From positions 20,757 to 84,756 of the forward strand of contig JAJZRA010000001.1 of assembly GCA_021847485.1 (NCBI GenBank): 64,000 bases of DNA. The letters are read 5' to 3'. The translations under genes were made by a program, and so were the position numbers. Each line of letters starts with the position of its first letter. Positions within the stretch are counted from its first letter, which is position 1. This stretch comes from a bacterium. GTDB lineage: Bacteria; Elusimicrobiota; Elusimicrobia; Elusimicrobiales; UBA9959. Of the stretch, positions 43,424 to 52,986 are shown in pieces. The notes beneath the pieces are model-generated. The model did not search any database. It was not told the DNA's origin and was given only the letters and a program-made list of their open reading frames with translations.

Positions 43424-44170
43424 ATGAAAACACGTCCCGGCTTCACACTGGCGGAACTGCTGCTCGCGGTGATCATCTTTTCGTTCATGATGACGTCGCT
43501 GGCGACCATCTATTCCACCGCCAACCGCAACATGTTCCAGAACTACCGGGCCAACATCGTAAAGACCAACGTCGGGATAGCGATGCGGGCCATCCAGAAC
43601 ACCCTCGTCGGGGCGACCCGCCTGGACACCCCGATCTACGGCGCTTCCGGCAATATCCTCGCTTTCGCGACCAACGTGGACCAGAACACCGGCTGTTACC
43701 CGGTCAACACCGACGCGTCCTCTTCCCGGCTGATCCAGGGCGTTTACCTGAGCGCCGCGAGCCCGCCGGCCTGGCATTATTTCTGCGTGGCTCAGGACGC
43801 CACTACCCCGGGCGTGACGGCCCTGTATTACCATACCGGCCTTATTCCCCTCGGTCCTCCCGGCACCGGCTGCGACTCGGCGACGCCGGCCATCTGGGAC
43901 CGGAACGGGGCCAACGGCTACCCGGCCTTCTGCGGCTTCGGGGGGGGCGGGACCGTGACCCTGCTGATGCAGATAAAGGACAACTCCGCCCCGGTGGTCA
44001 TTCCGCCCCTGTTCAGCCGCAGCAACGCCGATAACGTCTACGAGAAGGACCTGGTCCTGGTCCGCCTGCGCTCCTACTGGTCCGCCTCCTCCCGCGGCTT
44101 CGGCAAGTCCCAGCGCGACGTGGATTTCTCGCTTGCCAGCGCCGTCAAGGCCAGCATCCCGGTGCAGTGA
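43424..44170 (+). CDS. Minor pilin (PilW-like)
   Basis: RPG|FTLAELLLA. Confidence 0.8.
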   Translation: MKTRPGFTLAELLLAVIIFSFMMTSLATIYSTANRNMFQNYRANIVKTNVGIAMRAIQNTLVGATRLDTPIYGASGNILAFATNVDQNTGCYPVNTDASSSRLIQGVYLSAASPPAWHYFCVAQDATTPGVTALYYHTGLIPLGPPGTGCDSATPAIWDRNGANGYPAFCGFGGGGTVTLLMQIKDNSAPVVIPPLFSRSNADNVYEKDLVLVRLRSYWSASSRGFGKSQRDVDFSLASAVKASIPVQ

Positions 44171-44222
44171 GCGCCCTCCCCGCGCCCTTGCCGTTCGCCG
44201 GTTTCTCTGCTAGACTATCATT

Positions 44223-44540
44223 ATGACGCCCCGGCTCCGGAAAGGCATGGTGCTGCTGCAGACCCTCGTCCTCTCCGTCATCCTGTCGATGATAGCGGTG
44301 ATGGTCATGAAGTGGGTCCTGGGCCGCTATATGCTCGCGGCGCGCAACGTCCGCTCCAACGAGGCGAAGGTCCATTCACAGGGGTATTCCTCCCAGCAGT
44401 TCACCACCTGGAACTTCAACCTGACTCTCGTCACCTCCAACGGCGGCACCACGATGGACACCAAGTCGGTGCGCTACGTCACCGAAGGCGGCAGCTCCGG
44501 GATGCGGCGGTTCCTGATCTCCTCCGACGAAGACCAGTAG
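44223..44540 (+). CDS. Minor pilin (PilX/GspK-like, no Glu5)
   Basis: RKG|MVLLQTLVL; TTGCCG-17-TAGACT promoter ends 6 nt before the ATG. Confidence 0.65.
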   Translation: MTPRLRKGMVLLQTLVLSVILSMIAVMVMKWVLGRYMLAARNVRSNEAKVHSQGYSSQQFTTWNFNLTLVTSNGGTTMDTKSVRYVTEGGSSGMRRFLISSDEDQ

Positions 44541-44556
44541 CCCGCGGGGACCAGCC

Positions 44557-45486
44557 ATGCGCCGCCTCCTGCTGACCTGCTGCCTGCTAGCCGCCCCGGC
44601 CCTCGCCGCGGAGCCTCCCGCGTCTCCGCCCCCGGCGGCCCCGGCCGCGCCCGCCGCGCCGCGCACCGCCTGGCATCTCAAATCCTCGCCGCATTTCGAG
44701 ATCTACCACGAGTCGTCCTGGTCCCCGGCCTCCATCTCCCTCGAGATGGAGCGGATGTACGCCTCCATGCGCATGAGCATGGCCATGTTCGCGCCGTGGA
44801 TGATAAAGGAGAAGGCGAAGATCTACATCTACGCCTCGCAGGATTCCTACCTGAACGGCGAGTTCGCCCCGCCCAAATGGTCGAAGGGCCTGGCCTATTC
44901 CGCCAGGAAGACGATCGTCGTCTACGACACCGGCGACGCGGCCAAGCTCAAGGCCGTCATCGCCCACGAGCTGGGGCACCTCTATTTCGAGGGCTACTTC
45001 GCCGAGAAGCTGAAATACCCGCCGCAATGGCTCAACGAGGGACTGGCCGTCTACCTGGAGGACTCCTCCTTCCCGGAAGGCGGGCCGTGGGGCAGGGCGC
45101 TCGCCTATTTCCCCGAGGCGCGCCGCTACCCGTTCGACCGCTTCTTCGACCTGAAGATCGACCAGCTGGATTCCGACGCCAGGATAGCCGACTGGTACCT
45201 GCAGGCCTACGGCGCGGTGCTCTACCTCTACCGTCCTTCCCAGCGGCTGCAGTTCAAAGGCCTCTGCGAGGCGCTGCGCTCAGGAGAGGGGCTGCAGGAC
45301 GCGCTGTGGAAGTATTACAGGGTGGGCGGCGGAAAGGATTTCGCGCGCAAGTGGGGGGCGTGGCTGCAGGAGTACAGCCGCAACGAACAGGCCGGCGAAA
45401 GCGGGGGGATGCGGTCGGCCAGCTTCAACTTCAAGCCGGTACAGTTGTCTTCGTTCACGTTCACCAATTTCGGGTCAAAACGATAG
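44557..45486 (+). CDS. Secreted gluzincin (peptidase MA-like) protein
   Basis: Signal peptide; HELGH plus WLNEGLA. Confidence 0.75.
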   Translation: MRRLLLTCCLLAAPALAAEPPASPPPAAPAAPAAPRTAWHLKSSPHFEIYHESSWSPASISLEMERMYASMRMSMAMFAPWMIKEKAKIYIYASQDSYLNGEFAPPKWSKGLAYSARKTIVVYDTGDAAKLKAVIAHELGHLYFEGYFAEKLKYPPQWLNEGLAVYLEDSSFPEGGPWGRALAYFPEARRYPFDRFFDLKIDQLDSDARIADWYLQAYGAVLYLYRPSQRLQFKGLCEALRSGEGLQDALWKYYRVGGGKDFARKWGAWLQEYSRNEQAGESGGMRSASFNFKPVQLSSFTFTNFGSKR

Positions 45487-47220
45487 GCCGGCGGCCTTAT
45501 AGAGGTCGGCCAGGGCCGCCAGGTCCGCTTTATCGCCCGGGGAAAGCCCCGGGCTCTTCTTCGTCCCCGTCATCAGCAGCGTGAGCGCCGCCTCGCGGTG
45601 GCCGGGGTCCTCGGCGAGGGCCCGGCGCAGGAGGGCCGTCCCGGCCGCGCGCCGGCCGCGGTGGAGTTCCAGCAGGCCTTCGAGATAGAGCGCGTCCGCG
45701 GAACGCGGGGCCAGGGCCAGCGCTTCCCGCGCCGTCGCGCCGGCGTCGGCGGGGCGGCGGCACCAGGCCTGAGCGTAGGCCAGGCGAAGCTTCAGGCCCG
45801 CGCTGGCCGGCGCCAGGCGGGACGCCTCGGCAGCCTCGCGCAGGGCGCCGGCGCAGTCGCCGCCGCGCAGCAGGACCGCGGCCAGGTTAGCGCGGGCGCG
45901 GGGCACGCCGGGGCCGCGCCTGACCGCCTCCGAGAAGAAGGCTTCGTCGTCACGGAAGGAGGGGGCGCGCCGCAGGGTCGCCCAGGAGAGGCCGGCCAGC
46001 CAGGCCAGCGTAAGAACGGCCGCCGCTGCGGCCGCGGGGCGCTTGCGGGCCCTGCCCAGCAGGGCCGCCGCCAGCAGGGCCCCGCCGGCCAGCGGGAAAT
46101 ACAGGTAGCGGTCCGCCCGCAGGTTGTAGATCGGCACCAGGTTCCAGACAGGGGCCAGCGTCAGCACCGAAAGGGTGATCCCCAGCCCCGCCAGGTCGCG
46201 CCGGAGCAGCAGCAGGAGGCCGGCGGCCGCGGCGGCCAGCGGCAGCGCCAGCAGCGCCAGGCCTTCGGCCGAGAACCCGCGGACCGGCGGGTTGTAGTCG
46301 GAGTTCAGCCCCGCGGGGAAGGCCATGGCCGCCGCGTAGGAGGAGAGGACGCCCCCCATCGTGAAGAGGTTGGCCTCCCGGTCGGTATACACCCCGCTCC
46401 AGGGCATGGCGGGCGCCGGCCTGGAGCGGGGGGCGGCGCGCGGGAACAGGGCGGCCGGGTAGGCGGCGGCCGGAGCGCTTATTCCCGGGGCCGAGACGCC
46501 TTCTATCGAGTAGCCCGAGCGCGGGGCCCGGAACCAGACGTAGAAGCCGGCGGCGAGGAGCAGGGCGGCCAGCAGCGGCGCCGAGCGCCTCAGGCCTTCC
46601 CTGCCGGTATCGAAATAGACCGCGGCGGCCGCGGCCGCCGGGAGCACCGCCGCCGTCTCCACGCTGAGCATCCCTAGCAGCGCGCAGGCCGCGGCCGCGG
46701 CCGCCTTGCCGGCGGCCGGGCGCCTGGCGTTGAAGACGGCGGCGAGCAGGGCGCAGGTAAAGAAGAAGAAGCCCAGCAGGTGGGACCTGAAGACGGCCAC
46801 GTTCACCGCCTCGGCGGCCGCCGGATGAACGGCGAACAGCAGCGCCCCGCCCAGCGCGGGCAGGAGCCCGCCGGAAAGCGTCAGGATTAGCAGGAAAAGC
46901 AGCGCCGAGTCGCAGGCGTGCAGCAGCAGGTTGGTCAGCCGCAGGCCGTAGGGCCCGGCGCCGGAGCAGGCGTCCAGCAGCAGCGAGGCGTTCACTACGG
47001 GGCGGGAGCTCATCGGGACCGGCAGCACCTTCACCAGGTTGACGGGGGACAGCGCCGCGGGCAGGTTGCGGCAGTCCGAGGCGAAGGAGCCGGGACCGAG
47101 GAAAGCCGCGTCGTCCCAGAGCAGGCTGCCCGAGAGGGACGGCAGGTGGACCAGCGCGGCGGCGCAGAAGACCAGCGCGGCGGCCGCCAGCGCGGGCGCG
47201 GTTTTTACCCGGTTCTCCAT
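45475..47220 (-). CDS. TMTC-like GT-C glycosyltransferase with TPRs
   Basis: LWDD, RP, TNLLLH, LFAVHP..EAV, ADRYLYFP; C-terminal TPRs. Confidence 0.75.
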   Translation of the reverse strand: MENRVKTAPALAAAALVFCAAALVHLPSLSGSLLWDDAAFLGPGSFASDCRNLPAALSPVNLVKVLPVPMSSRPVVNASLLLDACSGAGPYGLRLTNLLLHACDSALLFLLILTLSGGLLPALGGALLFAVHPAAAEAVNVAVFRSHLLGFFFFTCALLAAVFNARRPAAGKAAAAAACALLGMLSVETAAVLPAAAAAAVYFDTGREGLRRSAPLLAALLLAAGFYVWFRAPRSGYSIEGVSAPGISAPAAAYPAALFPRAAPRSRPAPAMPWSGVYTDREANLFTMGGVLSSYAAAMAFPAGLNSDYNPPVRGFSAEGLALLALPLAAAAAGLLLLLRRDLAGLGITLSVLTLAPVWNLVPIYNLRADRYLYFPLAGGALLAAALLGRARKRPAAAAAAVLTLAWLAGLSWATLRRAPSFRDDEAFFSEAVRRGPGVPRARANLAAVLLRGGDCAGALREAAEASRLAPASAGLKLRLAYAQAWCRRPADAGATAREALALAPRSADALYLEGLLELHRGRRAAGTALLRRALAEDPGHREAALTLLMTGTKKSPGLSPGDKADLAALADLYKAAGLSF

Positions 47221-47278
47221 CGGTAAAGAATTCTATAATATTACGCGGGGGCGCCGCCCCCGGGCCAAGGAGAGCCGC

Positions 47279-48073
47279 ATGAAGAAGATCAGCGTAGTCA
47301 TACCCGTCCACAACGCACCGCAGGACCTGAAGCTCTGCGTGGAGAGCCTCGCGCGCACCGCGAAGGGCGCCTATGAACTCATCCTGGTCGACAACGGCTC
47401 GGCCGCGCCGGCCAGGCGCTATATCGCCTCGCTGAAAGGGGCGGTGAAGATAGCTTCCAGGACCAACCGCGGGTTCTCGTGGGCCGTGAACCGCGGCCTC
47501 CGGGCGGCCTCCGGCGACTATATCGCCGTGGTGAACAGCGACGTGGCCTTCTTCGACGGCGGCCTGCAGGGGCTGGCCGCCTGCCTCGACGCCAGCCCCG
47601 AGGCCGGGGCCTGCGGCCCGCTCACTAACCGCACCGTCGGCGTGCAGCGGGTGGTGCTCGACCCGAAGGTGGAGAAGGACGCGGCGTCGCTCGGCGTCTT
47701 CGCCCAGGCGATGCGCCTGAAGTTCGCGGGCGAGCGCTTCGACGTGCACCGGCTGGTCGGCTTCTGCCTGATGCTGCGGCGCGAAGCCTACGAGAGCGTC
47801 GGCCTCTTCGACGAGCGTTTCGGCACGGGCTGCTTCGAGGATTTCGACTACTGCCTGCGCCTGCGCCAGGCCGGCTGGAAGCTGAAGGCCGCCAAGGACG
47901 TCTTCGTCTGGCACCGGCACCACGCCAGCTTCGACGGGCACGACCATTTCCATTCCTGCGCGGTGAAGAACCGCGAGGTCTTCGTGGACAAGTGGTGCCG
48001 CAAGGCGCTGGAGTTCCTCGACGAGCTGGACCCGGCGCTGGAGACGGCGCCGCCGCGCGGGGCGGCCCGCTAG
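47279..48073 (+). CDS. Glycosyltransferase family 2
   Basis: SVVIPVHN, LVDNGS, NRGFSWAVNRG, NSD, FDERFG..EDFD; RBS AGGAG. Confidence 0.9.
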   Translation: MKKISVVIPVHNAPQDLKLCVESLARTAKGAYELILVDNGSAAPARRYIASLKGAVKIASRTNRGFSWAVNRGLRAASGDYIAVVNSDVAFFDGGLQGLAACLDASPEAGACGPLTNRTVGVQRVVLDPKVEKDAASLGVFAQAMRLKFAGERFDVHRLVGFCLMLRREAYESVGLFDERFGTGCFEDFDYCLRLRQAGWKLKAAKDVFVWHRHHASFDGHDHFHSCAVKNREVFVDKWCRKALEFLDELDPALETAPPRGAAR

Positions 48074-48083
48074 GAGCCCGCCG

Positions 48084-51000
48084 GTGCGCAAGACCTACCC
48101 CGTCCTCGGCCACTCGATGCGCTTCGCGCTGGAGCCCGGCGACGCCGTGGAGGCCGAGCCCTGCCCGCCGGAGGAGTTGAGGGCGGGGGAACTGGCTCTG
48201 CTGGTAAAATGGGAAGGCTCCCGCCCCGGCGGCTACGTGGTGCACCGCGTGCTGCTCAACCTGGAGCTGGCCGGCCGCCGCCTGCTGCTGACCAAGGGCG
48301 ACGCCAATCTGCTGCCGGACCTCCCTCCGCGGGCGTTCCAGCCGGTGGGCCGGGCCCTGGCCGGCGGGTCCCCGCCCCGCGTCCCGTGGCCCCTCGCCGC
48401 GGCCTATTCCTGGGCGGCCGGCCGCCTGCTCTCGGCCTGCGTCTTCCTGGTTTATTACCTGCTGCGCGCCCTGGCGGCCCTGCCGGCCTTCAGCCGGCCG
48501 GCCGTCAACGCCCTGGCCCTGCTCTGGGAGACACGCGTTTATCCGAGGCTGCCGGCCCTGCTCGCCGCGCCGGTGCGCCTGGCCCCGGCGGCCGCGGCGC
48601 GCCCTCTCGTCCGGAGCGGCCGGCTGGCCGCCGGCGAGACCTGGTCCGGCGAGGTTACCGTGGCCGATTACCTCATTATCCCGCCGGGCGTCGCCGTGAC
48701 GGTGCGGCCAGGCACCCGGATCTCCTTCGTCAGGCGGGAGCCCTGGTTCTTTCCCGTGCTGCGCGCCGGGGAGGGGCCGCGCGAACTGGACAGCCGCCTG
48801 GCCAAGATCCTGGTCTACGGCGAGTTGCGCGCGGAGGGGGGCGCCGGGGCCCCGGTCGTCATGGGCGGGCCCTCCTTCGGCGGCCTGCACGCGCTGGGCG
48901 GGGGCCGCATCTCGCTCTCCGGCTGTTCTCTGGAAAACTCCGGCGGCGCGGCCCTGAGCGCCTGGGACCATTCCCTGGCCGCGGCCTCGCGCTGCTCGTT
49001 CGCCTCCTGCGCTCGCGGCGCCGAGGCCTTCGGCTCCGGCGCCCTGTCGCTGGACGCCTGCTCCTTCGGGGCGCCGGCCGGCCCGGCCGCGCGCGCCTGC
49101 GACGGGGCCTCGCTGCTGCTTTCCCGCTGCGCGGTCTCCGCCGGCGGCGGCCCGGCCGTAGAGCTCTCGGGTTCGGCTTTCGCCGGGCTCTCCGGCCTTT
49201 CGGTCTCGGACTGCGCCGGCGGCCTTTCCGCCTCGGGCGGGGCCGCGGTCCTGTTGAGGGGCTGCGCTTTCTCGGGCTGCTCAGGTCAGGCCGCGGAAGC
49301 CGGCGACGGCGCCTCTTTCTCCGCCGTCGCCTGTTCCTTCTCCCGTGGCGGCGCCGGCCTGGCCGTCCGGGGGCGGGCCCGCGTTAGGCTGGAAGCCTGC
49401 TCCTTCTCCGCCAACCGCGGCCCCGCCGTCAGGCTCTGCGGCCCCGCCGCCCTTCGCGTCCGGGGTTGCGCCTTCGCGGGCGGGGGGAGCGGCATCGAGG
49501 GCGCGGGCAGGCTTTCGGCGGACATCGAGGGATCGTCTTTCGTCTCGGCCGGAGGCCCGGCCCTGCGTTTCGAACGACCTGCCCGGGTGGAGGCCTCCTC
49601 GCTGACCATTTCCGACTGCCGCGCGGGACTGGTGCTGTCGGGGGCGGCGGCGGCCGTCTGCCGCGGCCTGCGAGTAGAGAGTACCGCGGGCCCCGCCCTG
49701 CTGGCGGAGGACTGCCGGGACCTGCGCGTTACCGGCGCGTCCTTCTCCGGCTGCTCCTCCGGAACCGTCCTCTCCGGTATCACCGCGGCTTCGCTGAGCG
49801 GCTGCTCTTTCTCCGGCGGGGCCGGCGCGGGCTGCGCCGTCTCCGGCCCCGCCCGCGCCCGGCTGACGGGCTGCGGTTTCTCCGGCGGCGGGCTGAAGCT
49901 CTCCGGCGCAGCGGAAGTCTCCGGAGAGGACTGCTCCTTCTCAGGCCGGACGGGCCCGGCCGTGCAGGCCTGCGGGGCGGCCGCCCTGGCGCTGAGCCGG
50001 GCCTCTTTCTCGTCCGCCGGCCCGGCCGCGGCCGCGTGGGACTCGGCCTCGCTTTCCCTGACGGGCGCGCGCGTCTCGTCGGGAGGGGGGCCGGCCCTGG
50101 CCGTCTCGGGCCGGGCCTCGCTGGCCTGCTCCTCCTGCGCCGTCTCCGCCGTCTCCGACGCGGTCGGCGTCTCCGGCGGCGCCCGCGCGCTGCTCGAGGG
50201 CAGCCGCCTCTCCTCGGCCGGCGGCGCCGCGCTGAACCTGGGGTCCGGCTCGGCTGCGGCGCTGGGCTGCGAGCTGAACGGCCGCGGCGGCGTTCTGGCG
50301 ACCGGCGGAGAATTGCGGCTCGAGGATTCCCGCGTGAACGCCTCGGCTTACGGGATAGACTCCTCGGCCGCCGTGTCCGTCAGCGGGACCAGCGTCCGCG
50401 GCGGCGCGGAGGGGGGAGCCAGGCTGACCGGGCCGGGTTCAGTTCGCGGGCTGTCCGTAGAGGCCGCTCCCTATCCCGGCATTTCAGCCGGGCCCGAAGT
50501 GGACGTCTCCGGCGCCGTCTATAACGGCCGGCCTTGGAGCCGTCCCGCCGCCCCGGCGCGCGGTCCGGCCGCCAGGCGCCTGCTCTTCTCCTTCGCCGCG
50601 GCCACGGCGGGGCTGCCCGTCCTCTCCTCCGTTTACCGGCTGATCTACGCCGCCGCCGCGCGGCTGGCCCCCGCGCTGCTAGGCGTGCGCGGTCTGCGCG
50701 CCGTCTATCTCTACCGCGGGATGACCGAGCGGGACTGGGTCCCGGGGCTGAGCGACATGGACCTGGCTTTCGTCCTCGACGCGCTCCCGCCGGCGGAGGA
50801 CCGGCGCGCCTACGCGGGCCTCAAGACCCGCCTTTCCGGCTTCAGGACGCTCTTCCCTTTCACCGGCGAGGCTCTGGTGGCCTCTTTCGGAGAGCTCGCG
50901 GCCTTCCTGCCCGCCTGGGGGATAAAAGGCTCGGAGTTCCGGCGCACGGCCCGCCTGCTGGCGGGCGAGCCGCTCCCGGCGGGGCCGGCCGTCCCCGGCC

Positions 51001-51980
51001 CGGGGGATGACACCGAAGCTTTCTATTCCTACACGCTGCTGATGCGCCACTTTTTCGAGAGCGGGGCGCCTGAGAACTTCCTGCGCCGCAACTGCCTTAA
51101 GAACCTGGCGGATATCCGCCGCTACCTGGACGTCTCGTCCCCGGAGCGCGGCTCGCGCGGGGCTTACGCGCGGGCGGCCGGCCTGCCGCTGGACGCTTAC
51201 TCCGGTTTTCCGCGGGAGCGCAGCGCCTTCCTGGCCTTCTCGGCCCTGCACGCGGCCGCGGCCGGGCGCGCCCGCTGGCGCCCGGCCGGCGAAGCCGCCG
51301 CCGGAGGCGGCGGCTGGTTCAACGTTCCGGTCTTCGAGGCCGCCTGCCGCGGCCTGGCCCGCCGCGCCGGCTTCGACGTGGGGGTCGCGCTGGATTCCCT
51401 CTACCGGGTCTATGTGGTGCTTCCCGACGAGCGGGCCGGGGACGAAGCGGCTTTCCGCAGCGCCTGCGCGGCCCTGGCCGCGGCGCGCGCCTCCGAGCCG
51501 GCGCTGGGAGCCTCGCCGCTGGTCCTTACGGCCTCCTCCTTCGCTCTGCTGGCCCGCCTGCCCTATCTCAACAATCCGCTGCTCTGGGCCGACGCCGCGG
51601 CCGCCCCGGCCGGCTCCGGCCCGGAGGACGGCGGCGTGCGCACCTTCGGCCTGCCGGGCCTGCCGGAACCGCCCGGTCCGGCGGAGCTGCGCGCGGCCGC
51701 CGTCTACGCGGCGCGCCATTTCCGCGCGTCGTGGCGTTCGCTGTGGGGGGAGATGCCGCCGCACTATTTCTATACCCGCGTCTGCGGCCTGGAACTGCTG
51801 CTGCGGACCGGGGCCAGCCCGGCCTTCAGCGGCCCGGAGGGCCTGCGGGCGGCGCTGGCCGCCGCGGGGGGCGCCGCCCCGGACTGGCGCGCCTTCCTGG
51901 CCGGCGGGGCGGGGGCGGAGAATTACGAACATATAGCGGCGCGGGCCGCGGCGCTGGGGAGGCTGGCCGATGCGGCCTGA
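48084..51980 (+). CDS. Fusion: S24/S26-like peptidase + right-handed beta-helix + Pol-beta-type nucleotidyltransferase
   Basis: GHSM...PGD, VVHRV, LTKGDAN; ETWSGEV..LIIPPGV..VRPG then repeated CSFS/GC coils; VYLYRGM..VPGLSDMDL; GTG after AGGAG. Confidence 0.7.
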   Translation: MRKTYPVLGHSMRFALEPGDAVEAEPCPPEELRAGELALLVKWEGSRPGGYVVHRVLLNLELAGRRLLLTKGDANLLPDLPPRAFQPVGRALAGGSPPRVPWPLAAAYSWAAGRLLSACVFLVYYLLRALAALPAFSRPAVNALALLWETRVYPRLPALLAAPVRLAPAAAARPLVRSGRLAAGETWSGEVTVADYLIIPPGVAVTVRPGTRISFVRREPWFFPVLRAGEGPRELDSRLAKILVYGELRAEGGAGAPVVMGGPSFGGLHALGGGRISLSGCSLENSGGAALSAWDHSLAAASRCSFASCARGAEAFGSGALSLDACSFGAPAGPAARACDGASLLLSRCAVSAGGGPAVELSGSAFAGLSGLSVSDCAGGLSASGGAAVLLRGCAFSGCSGQAAEAGDGASFSAVACSFSRGGAGLAVRGRARVRLEACSFSANRGPAVRLCGPAALRVRGCAFAGGGSGIEGAGRLSADIEGSSFVSAGGPALRFERPARVEASSLTISDCRAGLVLSGAAAAVCRGLRVESTAGPALLAEDCRDLRVTGASFSGCSSGTVLSGITAASLSGCSFSGGAGAGCAVSGPARARLTGCGFSGGGLKLSGAAEVSGEDCSFSGRTGPAVQACGAAALALSRASFSSAGPAAAAWDSASLSLTGARVSSGGGPALAVSGRASLACSSCAVSAVSDAVGVSGGARALLEGSRLSSAGGAALNLGSGSAAALGCELNGRGGVLATGGELRLEDSRVNASAYGIDSSAAVSVSGTSVRGGAEGGARLTGPGSVRGLSVEAAPYPGISAGPEVDVSGAVYNGRPWSRPAAPARGPAARRLLFSFAAATAGLPVLSSVYRLIYAAAARLAPALLGVRGLRAVYLYRGMTERDWVPGLSDMDLAFVLDALPPAEDRRAYAGLKTRLSGFRTLFPFTGEALVASFGELAAFLPAWGIKGSEFRRTARLLAGEPLPAGPAVPGPGDDTEAFYSYTLLMRHFFESGAPENFLRRNCLKNLADIRRYLDVSSPERGSRGAYARAAGLPLDAYSGFPRERSAFLAFSALHAAAAGRARWRPAGEAAAGGGGWFNVPVFEAACRGLARRAGFDVGVALDSLYRVYVVLPDERAGDEAAFRSACAALAAARASEPALGASPLVLTASSFALLARLPYLNNPLLWADAAAAPAGSGPEDGGVRTFGLPGLPEPPGPAELRAAAVYAARHFRASWRSLWGEMPPHYFYTRVCGLELLLRTGASPAFSGPEGLRAALAAAGGAAPDWRAFLAGGAGAENYEHIAARAAALGRLADAA

Positions 51981-52986
51981 CCCGGTCATAAGCGCGCTCA
52001 TCATCACGCGGGGGCGGGAGCCCCTGCTGCGCGATTGCCTGGCGGCCCTGCGCGCCGCCGGTCCGGCGGAGGTCATCGTGGGCGTGAACGGGGAGGATCC
52101 CGCCTCGCTGCGCGCGGCCGCGGATTTCCCGGGGACCCGGGCCGCGGCGCTGCCGCGGATGTGCCGCGGCGAGGCCCGCAACGCGCTGGCCGCGCTGGCC
52201 TCGGGGCGCTGGCTCTGCTTTCTCGACGACGACACCGTGCCTCCGCCGGGCTATTTCGACAGGCTAGCGGCGCTGATCGCCGCCGACCCCGGGGCCGCCG
52301 TCTTCGGCGGGGGGCAGCTGCCGTCGCCGCGCGCCGGGGCCTTCGAGACGGCCGCCTACTGGACGCTGGCCTCGCGCTGGGGTTCCGGCCCCTTCGCCGA
52401 GCGCTTCCGCGCCGCCGAAGGCACCCGCCGGGCGGGGCCCGAAAAGTTCATCCTCTGCAACCTGGCGCTGGACCGGGAATTCCTGCGGCGCGAAGGGCTC
52501 GCTTTCGAGGGACACCTGACCAGCGCCGAGGAGAACCTGCTGCTCAACCGCATGGCCGCCGCCGGCGCCGCCATGGCGCTCAGCGGGGACCTGAACCTCG
52601 TGCACCGGCGCCGCGCCGCGCCCGGGGCTTTCCTGCGGCAGACCTTCTCCTGCGCCCGGGGGCGGGCCCAGATAACCCTGCTCAGCCGGCGGGGTTTCCA
52701 CCCGTTCACGCTGCTGCCCGCGTGCGGCCTGCTGGCCGCCGCCGCGCTGGCCGTCCTGCGGCCGGGGTGGCTGGCGGCCGCGGTCTGCGGCTACGCCGCC
52801 TGCTGCGCCGCCGCGGCGGCCCTTTCCGGCGCTCCGGCCCGTCTGAAGCCCGGCGTGGCGGCGCTGTTCCCGGCCGTCCACCTGGCGTACGCGGCGGGGC
52901 TGCTGTGGGGGGCGGGCGAAGCCGCCGCGGATAAGGTTTTCAGCGCGGGCCGCCCGGCCCGCTGCAGCTGCGAAGGAAATCCCTGA
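51970..52986 (+). CDS. Glycosyltransferase family 2 with C-terminal membrane segments
   Basis: LIITRGR..LRDCL, ARN, LCFLDDD, CNLA, AEE, HRRR. Confidence 0.82.
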   Translation: MRPDPVISALIITRGREPLLRDCLAALRAAGPAEVIVGVNGEDPASLRAAADFPGTRAAALPRMCRGEARNALAALASGRWLCFLDDDTVPPPGYFDRLAALIAADPGAAVFGGGQLPSPRAGAFETAAYWTLASRWGSGPFAERFRAAEGTRRAGPEKFILCNLALDREFLRREGLAFEGHLTSAEENLLLNRMAAAGAAMALSGDLNLVHRRRAAPGAFLRQTFSCARGRAQITLLSRRGFHPFTLLPACGLLAAAALAVLRPGWLAAAVCGYAACCAAAAALSGAPARLKPGVAALFPAVHLAYAAGLLWGAGEAAADKVFSAGRPARCSCEGNP

